Origin: Chiloscyllium plagiosum | Taxonomy: Eukaryota | Length of the DNA stretch: 32,066 nucleotides | Reading direction: 5' to 3' | Assembly: GCF_004010195.1 (NCBI RefSeq) | Contig: NC_057758.1 | Location: forward strand, 2,814,609 to 2,846,674 | Shown here: piece by piece, positions 11,276-23,249 of the stretch | How positions within the stretch are numbered: the stretch's first letter is position 1 | Layout of the letters: every line of letters starts with the position of its first letter | The notes under the pieces: generated by a model | Seen by the model: the letters and a program-made list of their open reading frames with translations, nothing else | Told to the model about the DNA's origin: nothing | Database searches by the model: none | Made by a program: the position numbers and the translations under genes

Positions 11276-11923
11276 TCCATAGACTTATTGAACATCGATT
11301 GCATTTTTATTGGATTGAATGTTTAGATTTAGTTGATGTGCCTTGCAAGTATATCACTGATGCGTTAGTTGCTGTAGCATGAATGAAAGTAAAATGTTGT
11401 ATTTCCTTTGGGAAACCAACGCATTATTGACCATCCGATCTTAGCTGCGATGAAGAGGGAAACTGCACCCCATGAAAGCCACATCGGGGTAGTTTTTGGT
11501 CTCTCTCACACATATATGCAAATAAAGCTCTTAAGGAGCTAAGGACTGAAGTCTGCTCTTTGATAGTTCTCCCCACAACATATATTTCTTGCTGTTTGTT
11601 TTGAGCTTCTGGAGCGTGATTGAAGTTGTATTCATTCCGACACGTCTAACGCCTTTCAGTGAGTGGCCAGACCTCAGGCAGCCAGGAGGTGAGTTACTTC
11701 TGACAGAATGCATGGGCCACCTGGCAACACTTGCAGCCGAAACATGAATACTATTGATTCAGTAAAGTGTCTGGTCAATAATAACCTCTAATGTTTTTGA
11801 GACAGCTATTGGCGCATGGAAATGCATTGAAAGTGTGAGGGAAATGCTTCACTTCTCTCTCGGAAAGTTCGATTTACACTTTAGGTTTGCTTGTTCATAG
11901 ATCAAGTCAAATTCAGCCCAATA

Positions 11924-12817
11924 TCATTCAACATTTTTCGACTCATCTCCACATTGAACATATTTTACGATCAGAGTGAAGGGATATTTCAACCTATGTG
12001 TGAACTGATCTCGGAACATATTCTGTGTCAGAGCATATATAATAGTGTCTGTGCAACAACTCAAGAGCTGCAGCATGAGTCCCATTTCATGTACAGGGCC
12101 AGCTATCCAAAATGATACATCACCGACTAAATTCATTCGATTCCACAGATAATGGAGCATTGGCATTGTTCATCGTAATATAAAACCCTCAGAGAGTACA
12201 AATTGTCTCGTCTTGGAATTCCTTCGACTCTCCATTTCTGGATCTTTTGGACTTCTATCAGTTTTGTGGGCCCGGAGTGTTCTATGAGCACTGTTAGCTG
12301 TTAAACTGCACTTGACAGATAAAGTATTCAAGACAGATGGAACACATGTGGTCATATTGTAATGCAGAAAATCGATTTTTGTCCATGGCAATGTCAGGAC
12401 ACCTTTTGCGTAATACAACCAGTGAGCTTTCTGAAGAGTGTATGCGCTTTCACACATGAAATACCAGAAAATATTCTTGAAGCAGCTCAACGCAGTCACT
12501 GTACCCAGAACTACAGCTCTTGTTTTCTCGCTGCAATATTTACGTTTCAGCTCCTGGCAACAAATGGCCACAAATCGATCAAAGGTAAAAATGACGGTGA
12601 ACCAGACAGAACAGTCAGTGGCTGCATAAAGCAGGAAGACGTGGATATTACGCACGGGGGATGGAATATAGGAAATTAGCCTGTTCCTGATAACAATCGG
12701 AATGAGTCTCAATACCACATTGAGGACAATGATACTGCCATGGTCTCCAACTAACGACTGACAGAACTCGAGAGACTACAGTTCTGTGAACGAGAATGAT
12801 GATCAACGTCCTGTTGC
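11924..12817 (-). pseudogene. Exon 2 of a GPR139-like class A orphan GPCR pseudogene (copy B, TM1 to C-terminus)
   Basis: TM3 AATDCSVWFTVIFTFDRFVAICCQELKRKYCSEKT, ICL3 DPEMESRRNS, TM7 LQLLSCCTDTIIYALTQNMFRDQF..KYPF. Disabled by TAG near TM2, frameshifts at ~12725-12780, TGA at 12170-12172 in TM6, a shortened TM5 and a probable AG>AT acceptor mutation at 12818-12819. Confidence 0.9.
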
Positions 12818-12921
12818 ATGTGAGGTTGAGTGGTATGTGCTTAATCAAGGATCAGTTGAATATAAATATGACGATTGATCCTCTAATGCAATGAGCATGA
12901 TTTTTTCCACAGGTAGATGAA

Positions 12922-13179
12922 GGGAGGCACAGTGGATCAGTGGTAATCACTGCTGCCTCAAACACCAGCGATGCAGATTTTATTTCAGTCTCGGGCAAAA
13001 GTCTGTTTGGAGTTTGCAGGTGCTGACATGACTTTCCTCCAACAGATCAAAAATGTGCATGGTAGATGGATTGACTATGGGCAACTTAGGGTTACAGGGG
13101 TAGGGGTTGAGTTTGGTTGGGGTACTCTACGGATTCAATGGGCCTAATGACCTACATCCTCGTTATATGGATTCTACGA
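12922..13179 (+). mobile_element. tRNA-derived HE1/V-SINE-like element in the GPCR intron
   Basis: 5' GGGAGGCACAGTGGATCAGTGGTAATCACTGCTGCCTCA (A box), TGTTTGGAGTTTGCA core, and CR1-like tail ATGGGCCTAATGACCT..GGATTCTACGA. Confidence 0.8.
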
Positions 13180-13904
13180 AAATTTTGCTTCATACATTCT
13201 TCATTATCTGTCTATTAAATTATTCACAGAACAACAAATGAGAGTTATTCCTCTATATGCCATCTACAATGATTTATAAAAAAAATTCTCAGTATTCCAT
13301 CATTTTCACGCACTTTCCAGAAAATGACTATTCACTGAGTGTCCAGTTATTTGTCTCTGTTCGCGAAACATTTCTAAAAGCTATTAAATATTATGGTAAA
13401 CTAGAGCAAAGAAGACACCAAGTAATGAGACTATTATTCAAACAGAAGATAGGATAATTCCCAGGAGACCGTGGATTTCTGTGGTGAGATCAGTACAGAA
13501 GAATGATTATTCCCAGGCGACAGTGGTTAGTTTTCATGCAATTTCTATTGATTCCTACTCGTTATGTTTGCACTGTCAATAACGTTTGTCAAGTGCGTGT
13601 CTGTTCATATAGTATTCTGGTCTCTGCCATGAGATTTTGAACTTTGACGCCTTGTGGGGATCAGAAATTAATTCTCAATCATTGCTCAAATTTTGTTTTG
13701 GAAAGTAAGGTTGAGGGTCTGTGCCGTCCCTGGTTTGCTGTGATTCCGCTGAAATGTCAGGATTGAGCAGACGAATTTCAGAGAATCGTGGCGATTTGCA
13801 GTTGGCATAATGCAGTAATTTCTTGGTAAAACACAAGATGAGCACCTGTCAACGAAATTGAGATTTATTGTTCTGTTTGGGAAACGGAAAAGGGATCACA
13901 TTTA

Positions 13905-14135
13905 GAGTCGAAGAGTTACATATCACAGAAAAGACCCATCAGTCTATCTCGTCCATGCCAACTGGATATCTTAAACTACTCTCGTCCCATTTCCCAACAT
14001 TTCTTCCAACAATATCCATTAAACCCTCCTTATTCATGTACCCATACAGATGAATTGTAGATATTTTAATTCTAACAACCTCTACCGTATCATCTGGAAG
14101 ACCATTCCATACAGGCAGCACCTCTGTGGAAAAAA
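13905..14135 (-). mobile_element. CR1 3' end fragment
   Basis: ORF 13939-14121 VWNGLPDDTVEV..HLYGYMNKEGL..NVGKWD. Confidence 0.75.
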
Positions 14136-16017
14136 GCAGGAATCATCGATGCACTTATTTGTTTGACCAATAAAAGGAGAGTACAAATGTGAGATGATTA
14201 TTTTGTTACTCCATCAGTTACTTGATGAGCTGAATGGAAAAGATCAACACTGTCGTCTGATGTGATCCTATGAACAATAGCAAAGCTGTACATGACAGAA
14301 AAACAGAAAAAAGTGACTCAATGGATACAGACACAGAGACACTGAAAGAGAATGAGGGGGAGATGGAAGAAAAAATATTGATTTGAAAATTGCAGACGTA
14401 AAGAACGTTTCAAAAAGGGCAATATCCCGGTCAGGATTGGACTTTAAGAGTATTGAAGGATTAGCAAACAATGATAAGAATTTCAAATTCCAGACCTCGC
14501 CCGGATAGGACCCCATGGCCGTCGTGAACGCAGGAGACATAAAAGACTTGGTGTGAGTGATTGAATAACTTACCAGCTTCGGATGAGTTGCAGTTAATAA
14601 AAGCTTACATCTTTGGAATCTCGCTGGAAGACGATTAGACAAGCTGAGGGTGAATTTAAAAAATACACTGATGAGTTTGCATAGTGCAATGGATTCAGAA
14701 GAATTGCAGCTGGACACAACAATGGGGTGGTTGATGGCAGAGTTGACTCAGTTCACAGTCTAGACGTACGGGATTAATGTGATCATCTACAGTCCTGTTC
14801 AGAACGATGTTGGCAGTGGATATTGAGCAGGCTGCGTGCTAATGAATGAAAAGAGTAGCCTCGGTTTTCCAAGGATTTGAGTAAGAATTGGGGCATGCAA
14901 ACGAATAAATGTTTTCACTTCAATCGTCACATGATTGAGACTTTCCAGGGCAGAAAGAGCAGAGAATGTTGGAGAGACTCTCACTAATTTTCAACTATTT
15001 TCCCATTTTTATGGATCTACGTTCAAGGACTGAAATTAATTTTGAAGAACGAAATGTGGCAAAATTGGTTTGAACAGGCAGCGACTCGTTTTGTTGAGAA
15101 CTGACAAGGAAGGTGATGGTTATTCATTACAAACCTGGAGTATGCTGTGAATGAGTCTTGCTAGGCTCACTGTTAGTTGTTAGTACCATTTTGATTTTGC
15201 TAATCAAAGGAGGAGAGACGCTAAACAGCCAACACAATGAATATTGATTGAAATAAATAGAGAAAACGGGTTTTGACAGAAATGATATTTGGAATCTTTG
15301 AAACTGGCTCATAAGTTTCACACTCTCTACTTTTCTGCCCTGTTCAACAGATGCTGAATGTTATGGCAAAAGAAAAATGAAATTACTTTGTGAAGTCTCC
15401 TGAAACAGTTTGAAATCCAACTGGACTTAGTAATTAGAGCTTTGCGACTGTAAACAAGTATTTTTTTTAATAAAATGAAGCCTTGGAGTGCATCGCTTAA
15501 AGCGACCATCCAACATGAATTGCTTAGCTTTCTATTCAATTCTTCCCTTCAGTGTAGCTGTCTGTATGTGCGTGAGTAGAGATCACGATAAAAGAAATTT
15601 GAGATCAAAGCATAGTCATTAATTAGAGTTTATCTTTGTCCTGCCAAATTTAACGCATGACTAAAAACAATGAAGATTTTATTTAAGTCATCAAGTTACT
15701 GCTAAATATCCATTACTCTGAAACTCTGGTTAGTAACCGTTGGGAAAATTGGAATGTGATTTGATACTTTAAATTCAATGTTATACACATTCAGGTCAGA
15801 GTGATACTTTGGTTTGGTTTGCTATTCCTGTTTGAAAAAGAATGTCTGAGAGTAATTTTAAAGAATACTAAACACAGTTATCTGTGCTCACATTTCACAA
15901 TTTTTGTCAAATACTTCCCCAGGACAATAACCCCAGCTGGATGGAACAGGAAATAACGAACACATTCTTGAAGTAAAGCCTGCTTTCCATCATCAATCAC
16001 TGATTGGAGACACTTAC

Positions 16018-16127
16018 CAGACATGCCAAAAATAGTCAGACTGAGATCGTACAAATGCTCAAAAATCCGAATTGAACAATAGATCCACGATTCCAAATCT
16101 ATCTATTTATGATTATCATTAATGTAA
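16018..16127 (-). pseudogene. Exon 1 remnant of GPCR copy B, 5' part lost at a CR1 boundary
   Basis: YINDNHK*IDLESWIYCSIRIFEHLYDLSLTIFGMS then G|GTAAGT donor at 16018/16017 (phase 1); same strand as and ~3.2 kb upstream of exon 2; paralogous to 906-1015. Confidence 0.75.
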
Positions 16128-16925
16128 CAGTAGGTGGAAATGCAGTTGGTGAGACATGGAATTAGTTTATACAGATATATTTATAGTTTAAAGCAGATGG
16201 TTGGGGGAATGGCAAATGGTGAATTCTGTAGGAAGACGTGAAACGAGGGAGAACAAAAAACAATATTATTTAAATAGAGAAAACTGCAACACAGTGGGAC
16301 TGGGGCACTTGTGCTCCAAACATAGAAGGCTGACACAGAGAGGCAGCAGGTCATCGGAAATGTTGATGTTATTTCCGTCAGTACAAAGTGCTGGTGCGAT
16401 CATGTCTGTAGTACTGCGAGCAGTTCCTGTCTCCATTTTGCAGGAAAGATATCATTTCATTGGAGGCAGTTCAGACAAGGTTCACTCGGGTGATTGCTGA
16501 TATGAACGTTTTATCTCGTCAGCAAAGCCTGAAGCGTTTATGACTCTACTTACTGGAGTTTAGAAGAATGAGACGTTTTCTGACGTTAAATGGTTGGAAT
16601 TCTAAAGGCAGCTTTACATGTCAAATGTTGAAAGAATGTTACTCCTAATGAGAGAGTCAAGGATCAGAGTCTATAATACAGGCACACCAATTTAACACTG
16701 AGATGAGGTATGATTGCTTGGAAATCCTTGTCAAAGACAGCTCTGGCGGCCAGTTCCCCAGTTACCTTGGTGGCTGCGACAGAGAGATTCTTGATCATTC
16801 AGAGAATCAAGAGTAACAGAGAAAGGGCAGGAAAGTGGATGTGAAGAATGTTTGAGTAACCGTGTTTGGATGAACGTCAGAAGGGTTTGAGGGGTTGTGC
16901 GGCCTTTTCCTCGTGCTATCTTTTA
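16128..16925 (+). mobile_element. Degraded CR1 3' part
   Basis: EWQM..YYLNRE and LEAVQTRFTRVI motifs plus a CR1-like 3' UTR; starts where exon 1 homology to copy A stops. Confidence 0.75.
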
Positions 16926-17226
16926 GTTTTTACTGAAATTAATCCTTCATTGTTAACATTACTCTGAATCGCAAACCAGCCACTCGGCCAACTGAGTTAC
17001 TCAGGCACAAGTGCGTACTGCACATGCTGGAGATTAGACACAAGATTGTGTTTTAGCAAGAAATGACCTGGAAAACATCAACTGCAAGTTACATGCATTT
17101 CTCTGAAGTATGTCTGCTCAGTCCTGACATTTCAGGGGAATGACAGCAAACCAGGAATATCACGTAGCCTCACCCTTACTTTCCAAAATAGAATTTGAAC
17201 AAGGATTGTGAATTAATTTGAGACAT

Positions 17227-17332
17227 GATTAGAGTGGCGATTCCTAATAAAGGGCTTTTTGCCCGAAACGTCGATTTTCCTGCTCCTCGCATGTTGCCTG
17301 AGGTGCTGTCCTTTTCCAGCACCACTTTAATT
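17227..17332 (+). mobile_element. Short Penelope terminus with a degenerate hammerhead motif
   Basis: ATTCCTAATAAAGGGCTTTTTGCCCGAAACGTCGATT.., homologous to 5852-5935; ends GATTAGAGTGG / CCACTTTAAT are inverted. Confidence 0.8.
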
Positions 17333-17651
17333 TCAACTGAGCCAGACAACCCCAATATTGACTCAACTGCACTTAAATGAAGATATATAATTTAAAACCC
17401 TTCGCAGATGGTGTTGTAAAGGTATCAGGCAAGTTTGAACCAAAGGAAAATAACTGATAAAATTAAATGCAGAGATCGTGGAAAGCCTTACCAGCTACAA
17501 GACTCCATTCCATTTCTCAGAGTTCAGCAGAAGTTGCGTTGTCCCGTCCGAAAGACTGTAAATGATCCAGTATCTCATTGCGTGCTGGCATTTTCAATGA
17601 ACAGGATGCACTCAATTGAGTGTCCAAATATCAGTCTCCCAGACAGTAGAC

Positions 17652-18411
17652 TGTTATGATACGGCGTTGAACAATTCTGTTAATTAAACCAATCGTCTCG
17701 TAATCTGTTAAATTATGAGTGACAAGGATCTTCCAGATTTAAATATTTAAAGAAATAATATCAATTTATTCTTTAAACTTAAAAGTGAACATTAAACAAC
17801 AACTACTTACAACTCTAAGCCTCCTTTCTCTCAACTGTTTATTATCTGCCTCCAACTCTTTCACAATATACTGTTCTAATACACAACCGTATTGAAATTA
17901 CATCAACTTAATTTCTCAACCACGGAGCAGCTGTCCTCGTCAGTGCCTGTTATCCATCGGCTTAGGTCTCCCTGCGTCGTCTTCGGTCTTCTACCAAAGA
18001 GACGTTTCATATGAATCATGTGCCTTTGTTGGAGAAAGTTTTGAATCGCAATCTCTCTCGAGTTGGCAATTACTCTCTCGATGGCAGTAGCTCTCTGTCT
18101 AACTTTCAAAAAATGCCTGTTTTTTCGACCCTAAACACCGGCTTGTTTCATTGGTTTGAGTTTGGCAAAAGCAATAAATTCAAACTCGATTGGGTTTTAG
18201 TATCCTGGGGCATCATTTAAAATGATTGGTTAAATTCGAATTGCTTCGAAAACAGCGACCAAAACTCAAGACTTTGTTTCACAACCAAATGTTACACATG
18301 TTCACTTTTCAGTACGCTCTGTGAAAGCTGGCCAGTCACGTGACAGTTGTCTGCCAGCTCGCAGTGCAAAACAGCTTTCTCTCTCTCTGAAACACCTTGG
18401 ACTTAATGACA
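17652..18411 (-). repeat. 3' LTR, 760 bp
   Basis: On the minus strand it begins TGTCAT directly after the PPT and ends ATAACA; homologous to the 4690-6125 LTR. Confidence 0.85.
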
Positions 18412-19340
18412 CCTTTCCCCTTCAGAAAAAGAAAATGGACTACCAAACTGAAAAGGTGGCTTCAATTTTTTTCGAATTCTTAACCTCCATTCCAAGGAAA
18501 TGCACAGCACATTAATCTAAGTTCACATCAATTCCTGCACCCACGCGCACATACACAGACAATTGTTATCCATTTAGTCTTAACTGTACTTTATCCATTA
18601 AATCCATGATAAAGCCTCCGCTATCACAGTCTTACATTCAGCAACATATGCAATTTATAAATTAAAAGTCAATAAAATTAGTCTTCAACGATATAGTCTC
18701 ATATTCTTGTCTTTAAATCATGTCAAGCATATAAGAGAATTGTGTTCACAATCTGTTCATAACTGTCTCTGACACATTGTTTGCCAAATAAACATTTCAA
18801 TATTGTCAGGCCAGTACCAGGCTCGTTAATTCATTTTCAATGGTAGAGTATTTTCTCTCGTGGGTGTTGACATTTTCTTTCGAAAATTAACCGACTGGCC
18901 GTTCAATTCCATGGTTGACCCCTTGATCATTTGCATCGATTGCAACTTTGAAGGGTTTCGAAAACTTTGGTGTAGCTCGAACTTGTGCAATGGTTCCTAC
19001 TGCTTTCAAATTGTCAAATGTCTTCTGGCATTGTTCTATCCAACAAAGTGGTGTGTTCTTCTTCAGTAAAACTGTAGCCATGCCAATATGCTGTTGAAGT
19101 TGGGAAGAAACTTCTGGTGGAATCCACTAATTCCCAAAAACGGAAGCGCTTCTTTCTTCGAGATTTCTTGTGGAAATTCCTCGATGGCCTTCATCATTGC
19201 GTCCCTTAGGTTCAATATTCCATGACCGATATTATATCCAAAGAAGATCACATCTGCCTTCGTGAATTCTGTTTACTTAAGTTTATTACCAGTTTTTCTT
19301 CTCTTCATCTTTCAACGAGCTCTGCCAACTGTGCCATGAC
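17652..19340 (-). mobile_element. Gypsy (Gmr1-like) 3' remnant: RT end, RNase H, PPT, 3' LTR
   Basis: Minus ORFs FFGYNIGHG..KAIEEFP..FLGISGFHQKFLPNF and WIEQCQKTFDNLK..FSKPFKVAIDAND; PPT GAAGGGGAAAGG (18412-18423) abuts the LTR. Confidence 0.88.
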
Positions 19341-19534
19341 TCACAGAGCTCACGATCTGATTCAAAAAGACTGCATATTTTGTTAACCCAGCTACAATAC
19401 TTTATATGTGTCTTTGGAATGTGGCTGGTGCGTTTTTCGTTCCAAAGCTAACCAATTCGCGAAACGTGTTTTCCCAACCTCATCATAATTGTTTAGCAGG
19501 CATAAGATGTCAAAACGAATCGCAAATATTATTT

Positions 19535-20095
19535 CAGCAAGTGCTACTCTAAAATTGGTTATGCCACCGTTAGACTCTTGTGTGCAATTCCATTCACCCA
19601 CTTATTCGAAGGATATTGTGAAACTTGAAAGGATTCAGGAACGATTTCCAACGGATTTAAGCTGTCGGGAAATGCTGAATAGTCTGGGACTGTAGTATCG
19701 GAGGCTGAGGGGTGACCTTATAGGAGTTAAGGAAATCATGAGGCGCATGGATTGTGTAAATACATGTGGCATATTCCCTTTGGCCGTAGAGTCTGGAACC
19801 AGAGAGCATAGGTTAAGGTTGAGAGGGAAAAATGTAGAAGGGACCAAAGGGACAAGCTTTAACACAGAGAATTGTGCATGTATGGAGTATATGCTGTGCT
19901 TTACCAGTAACACATTTTCAGCTCTGATCTCCAGCATCTGCAGACCTCACTTTCTCCGCAAGCATGGAGTAAGCTGGCAGAGTAAGTGGTGGAGGCTGGT
20001 AAACTTACAACATTTCACAGGTATCTGGGTGGATATATGAATAGGAACGGTTTAGAGGGTTATAGGCTAAGTGCTGGCAAAGAGAACCAGATACG
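19535..20095 (+). mobile_element. CR1 3' fragment containing a Penelope micro-insertion
   Basis: LVMPPLDSCVQFHSPTYSKDIVKLERIQERF, RLRGDLIGV, TREHRLRLRG. Confidence 0.85.
19890..19957 (+). mobile_element. 68-bp extreme 3' tip of a Penelope-like element with a 14-bp flanking duplication
   Basis: TGCTGTGCTTTACCAGTAACACATTTTCAG matches 5915-5944; flanks are GCATGTATGGAGTA (19876-19889) and GCAAGCATGGAGTA (19958-19971). Confidence 0.75.
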
Positions 20096-20119
20096 CTTCG
20101 ATTAAATTGCATTGAAGAT

Positions 20120-23100
20120 TAAAACTGGCAGGAGATGTCTGATCCGTGTTATGCTTCTCTTGCTCAGTACAGGAGCTCAGGAACACAATTGATATTCCAG
20201 ACTCCTTCACGTGCAGTGTTTCTGGCTGCAGTTCATGTTAGCCTGGATGACAGCTCGAGAGTTGTGGATTGAATTGCTTTGATCTGAATCTGAGATCGGG
20301 GATAGTACGTTTAGTAAATTGGTCACACCGCACATTAGGTTTAATGAGGGAGAAATGGAATGGGTGACAAACAGGTGGGGAAAGAGCAGGACGGCGCTGC
20401 AGGTGACTCCTATGATCATCTCTCTGGAAAACAGGTATTCTGTTTCGAATACTGCTAAGGGAGATGGCTCGCCAGGGAATAGCAACAGTAACTAGGTTCG
20501 TGGCATTGTAGATAGCTCTGCTGTGTAGAAGGGCGTAAAAATGAGTGCAAAGGCTATTGTTATGAAGGTTTAATTGGAAGGAGAGTAGATAGATTCGCTG
20601 TGGTTGAAAACGAGACGACAGAATGGGATGTTGCCTCACAGGTGCACGGGTCAGGTATGTCGCGGATTCTGAAGTGGGAGGGTGAATACCCAGTTGTCGT
20701 GGTGCACAAAACATATGGAAAAAGAAGGATGAGGTCTTCCTAACAGAATGTAGGGAATTTGGAGCCATGTAAAAGATAGGACGTTGGAGGCATTCATACA
20801 ACCTCAGGATTGCTACCAATGCAACGTGCTCGTCAGAGTTGAAATGAAAGCATAGGCAGGATGAAGGCGTGGCTTGGGAGGTGGTGCTGGAGGGAGGGGG
20901 ATCTGATTTTCGGGACTTTGGGACCGTTTCTGGGTGAGGTGGGACGATTAAAAATTGGATGGTCTGCACCTGGGCAGACACCTGCACCCGTTTGGGGTGC
21001 CTTTGCTAACGCTGTTGGGGAGGGTTTAAACTAACGTGGCAGAGATGTGAGAATCAAATGACAAGGTTAGTTGAACATAGCAAGGTAGCAACTAAAGCTT
21101 GTTAGGAACAGGATAATGAAGTCAATGTGTCTGAGGGGAAGAGTCGGCAGGGAGCAGATGATGAATGCAAAAGGACAGGTGGTCTGAGGTGCATTTTTGC
21201 TAAATGTGAGAAGTTCAGGAGGTGAGGCATGTGAACATAGGCCATGAATTAGCACGTGGGAGTATGATGTTATTGTTAGTACTGAGACTGGGCAGACAGA
21301 AGATTTGCAACCAAAAATTCCAGGATATAGATATTTCATTCGGTATAAAGAATGACGTAAAAGGGGTGGAGGAGTTGTATGACTGGTCAGAGAAGATATC
21401 ACAACTCTTCTGAAGGAAAGGACTATGGAGGACACGAGCAGTGAGACAATATGTGGAGAGCTCAGGAATAGGAAATAGGACGGTTTGGGTAAATGCTTTG
21501 GGGCTGGACTACAGGCCTCCCAACGGTGGCGTGAGATAAAGGTACGCATATATTGGCAGATTATGGAAACATGTTGCAGCAACAGGGTGGTGATAATAGA
21601 AGATTTTAATTTTCCCAACATTGAATTCGATTCACTTAGTGTTAGATGTCTTGTTGGAACAGAATGTCTAAGTAGCATGCACGAGGGTACATAAATAGAC
21701 CAGCAAGGCATTGAAAGCGTCACACTCAGGAAGGGGGCATTCTAGACATGTTGATGGGAATGAAATGAACAGGTGGTTGAAGTTTCAGTTGGGATTTACT
21801 TTGGGAATAGTGATCACAATTACATTAGTTTTAGAATACGCATGGGCAAAGACGAGAGTAGTCCTAAAGTAAGAGTGCTGAATCGGGGGAAGGACAATCA
21901 TACAAAAAATATCGCAGCAGCTGTGTAATGTGGTTTGGGGGCACTTATTTGAAAACAAATCCACATTTGATATGATTTGAAGATTGATTGACTGGTGGAC
22001 AGGACAGACATACCCTGTCAAAATGAAGGTTAGCTCTGGCAAAATCAGGAAACCAAATATTCCAGGCGAAATTGTGAGAACAGCTAAGAGGAATAAAGTA
22101 GCTTAAATAAGGTCTAGGCAGCTGAAAACAGACGAAGCTTTGGACGAATATTGGGAAGTTGAAGCAATCTGAAATGAGCAAGAAGATGGCGAAAAATGGT
22201 CATGAAATATCTCTGGTAAACACGGTTAAGGAAAATGTCAAAGCTTTTCATTCGTATATAAGGAGCAAGAGGGGAACTGGGGTGGCCCAGCCAATGACAA
22301 ATGAGAAAAGTTATGCGTAGATTAAGAGAAAATGGATGAGATTCTTAATTAGTGCATTGACTCAGTATTATTCGAGGAGAGGGATGTGACAGGTGAGGTT
22401 AGGGATAAATGTTGATACTCTAGTTCACGTTCGCCGAAGTGTTGGTCCGAAAGACATTAAGGCAGTCAAGTCCCCAAGTCTGGATGGGATGCATTTCAGG
22501 ATACTGATTCAAGTGAGATCGGAAATAGCTGGGGCCTTCACAAATGTATTTTCAGCATGACTGAACGCGAGTGAGGTCTTGGATTGCTGGAGAATTTCTA
22601 ATGTTGTCCCCTTGTTTAAGAAGGCACGATCCTGGTAATTATTGACTGGTGAGCCTGTTGTCAATGGTAGCGAAGGTGCTGGAGAAGATACTGAAGAACG
22701 GGATTCATTTATATTTGTTAGAAAATGTTCTCATTAATGATCAGCAACATACTTTTGACCAGGGAAAAGTCATGTCTTTCCAAATTGAAAGGAAGTCATT
22801 GAGGAGGCACCTGACTGAGAACTACAAATTCAGGAGAGGCAGAGATAAGGTGGATAGCAAGAAGTGTTTTCCGATCACGGGGTCTCCACTATTAGGGATC
22901 ACGAGTTCAAGATGACGGCGTAGTTTATACGGGATATAAATGAAAGATTCTGTCTGCAGAGGGTGGTGGGTGCATGGAATGCGTTGCCAACGGAGGAGGT
23001 AGTGACGGACACGAAAACGTCATTTACGTTGCATCTGCACAGATATATGAAAGGACTGAGAGCAGAGCAATACAGATCCTTTGAAAATAGGCAACAGGTT

Positions 23101-23175
23101 AAGATAAAGGATCTGAATCAGCGCATGCATGGAGGGCTGAAGGGCCTATTATCGTGTTGTAATTTGTTCTTTGAT
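20120..23175 (+). mobile_element. Near-full-length degraded CR1 (ORF1 esterase-like, ORF2 endonuclease, RT core deleted)
   Basis: ORF1 RDDRMGCCLTGARVRYVAD (~20611) and LDGLHL (~20956); endonuclease VVIIEDFNFPNI (~21590) and NSDHN (~21806); WRISNVVPLFKK (~22590); jump at ~22780 from QQHTFDQGKVMS to the C-terminal LRRHLTENYK..VVGAWNALP; then the 3' UTR. Confidence 0.88.
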
Positions 23176-23249
23176 ATTTGGTCAAAGTGGACGACTTGGA
23201 CCAAAGTGTCTGTTTCTGTGCTCCAGATCTCTATTATTCTATGACAATA

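Noticed and set aside
12170..12172. In-frame TGA in TM6 as selenocysteine or read-through
   Set aside because: The same exon has other stops, frameshifts and deletions, so pseudogene decay is sufficient.
14268..14800. 149-aa minus ORF and a possible old LINE remnant
   Set aside because: No recognisable motif in the ORF, and the sequence is too decayed to assign a repeat family by eye.
20238..21723. Longest track ORFs (249 aa and 218 aa, minus strand)
   Set aside because: They are antisense to degraded CR1 ORF1/ORF2 and show no protein-like motifs.
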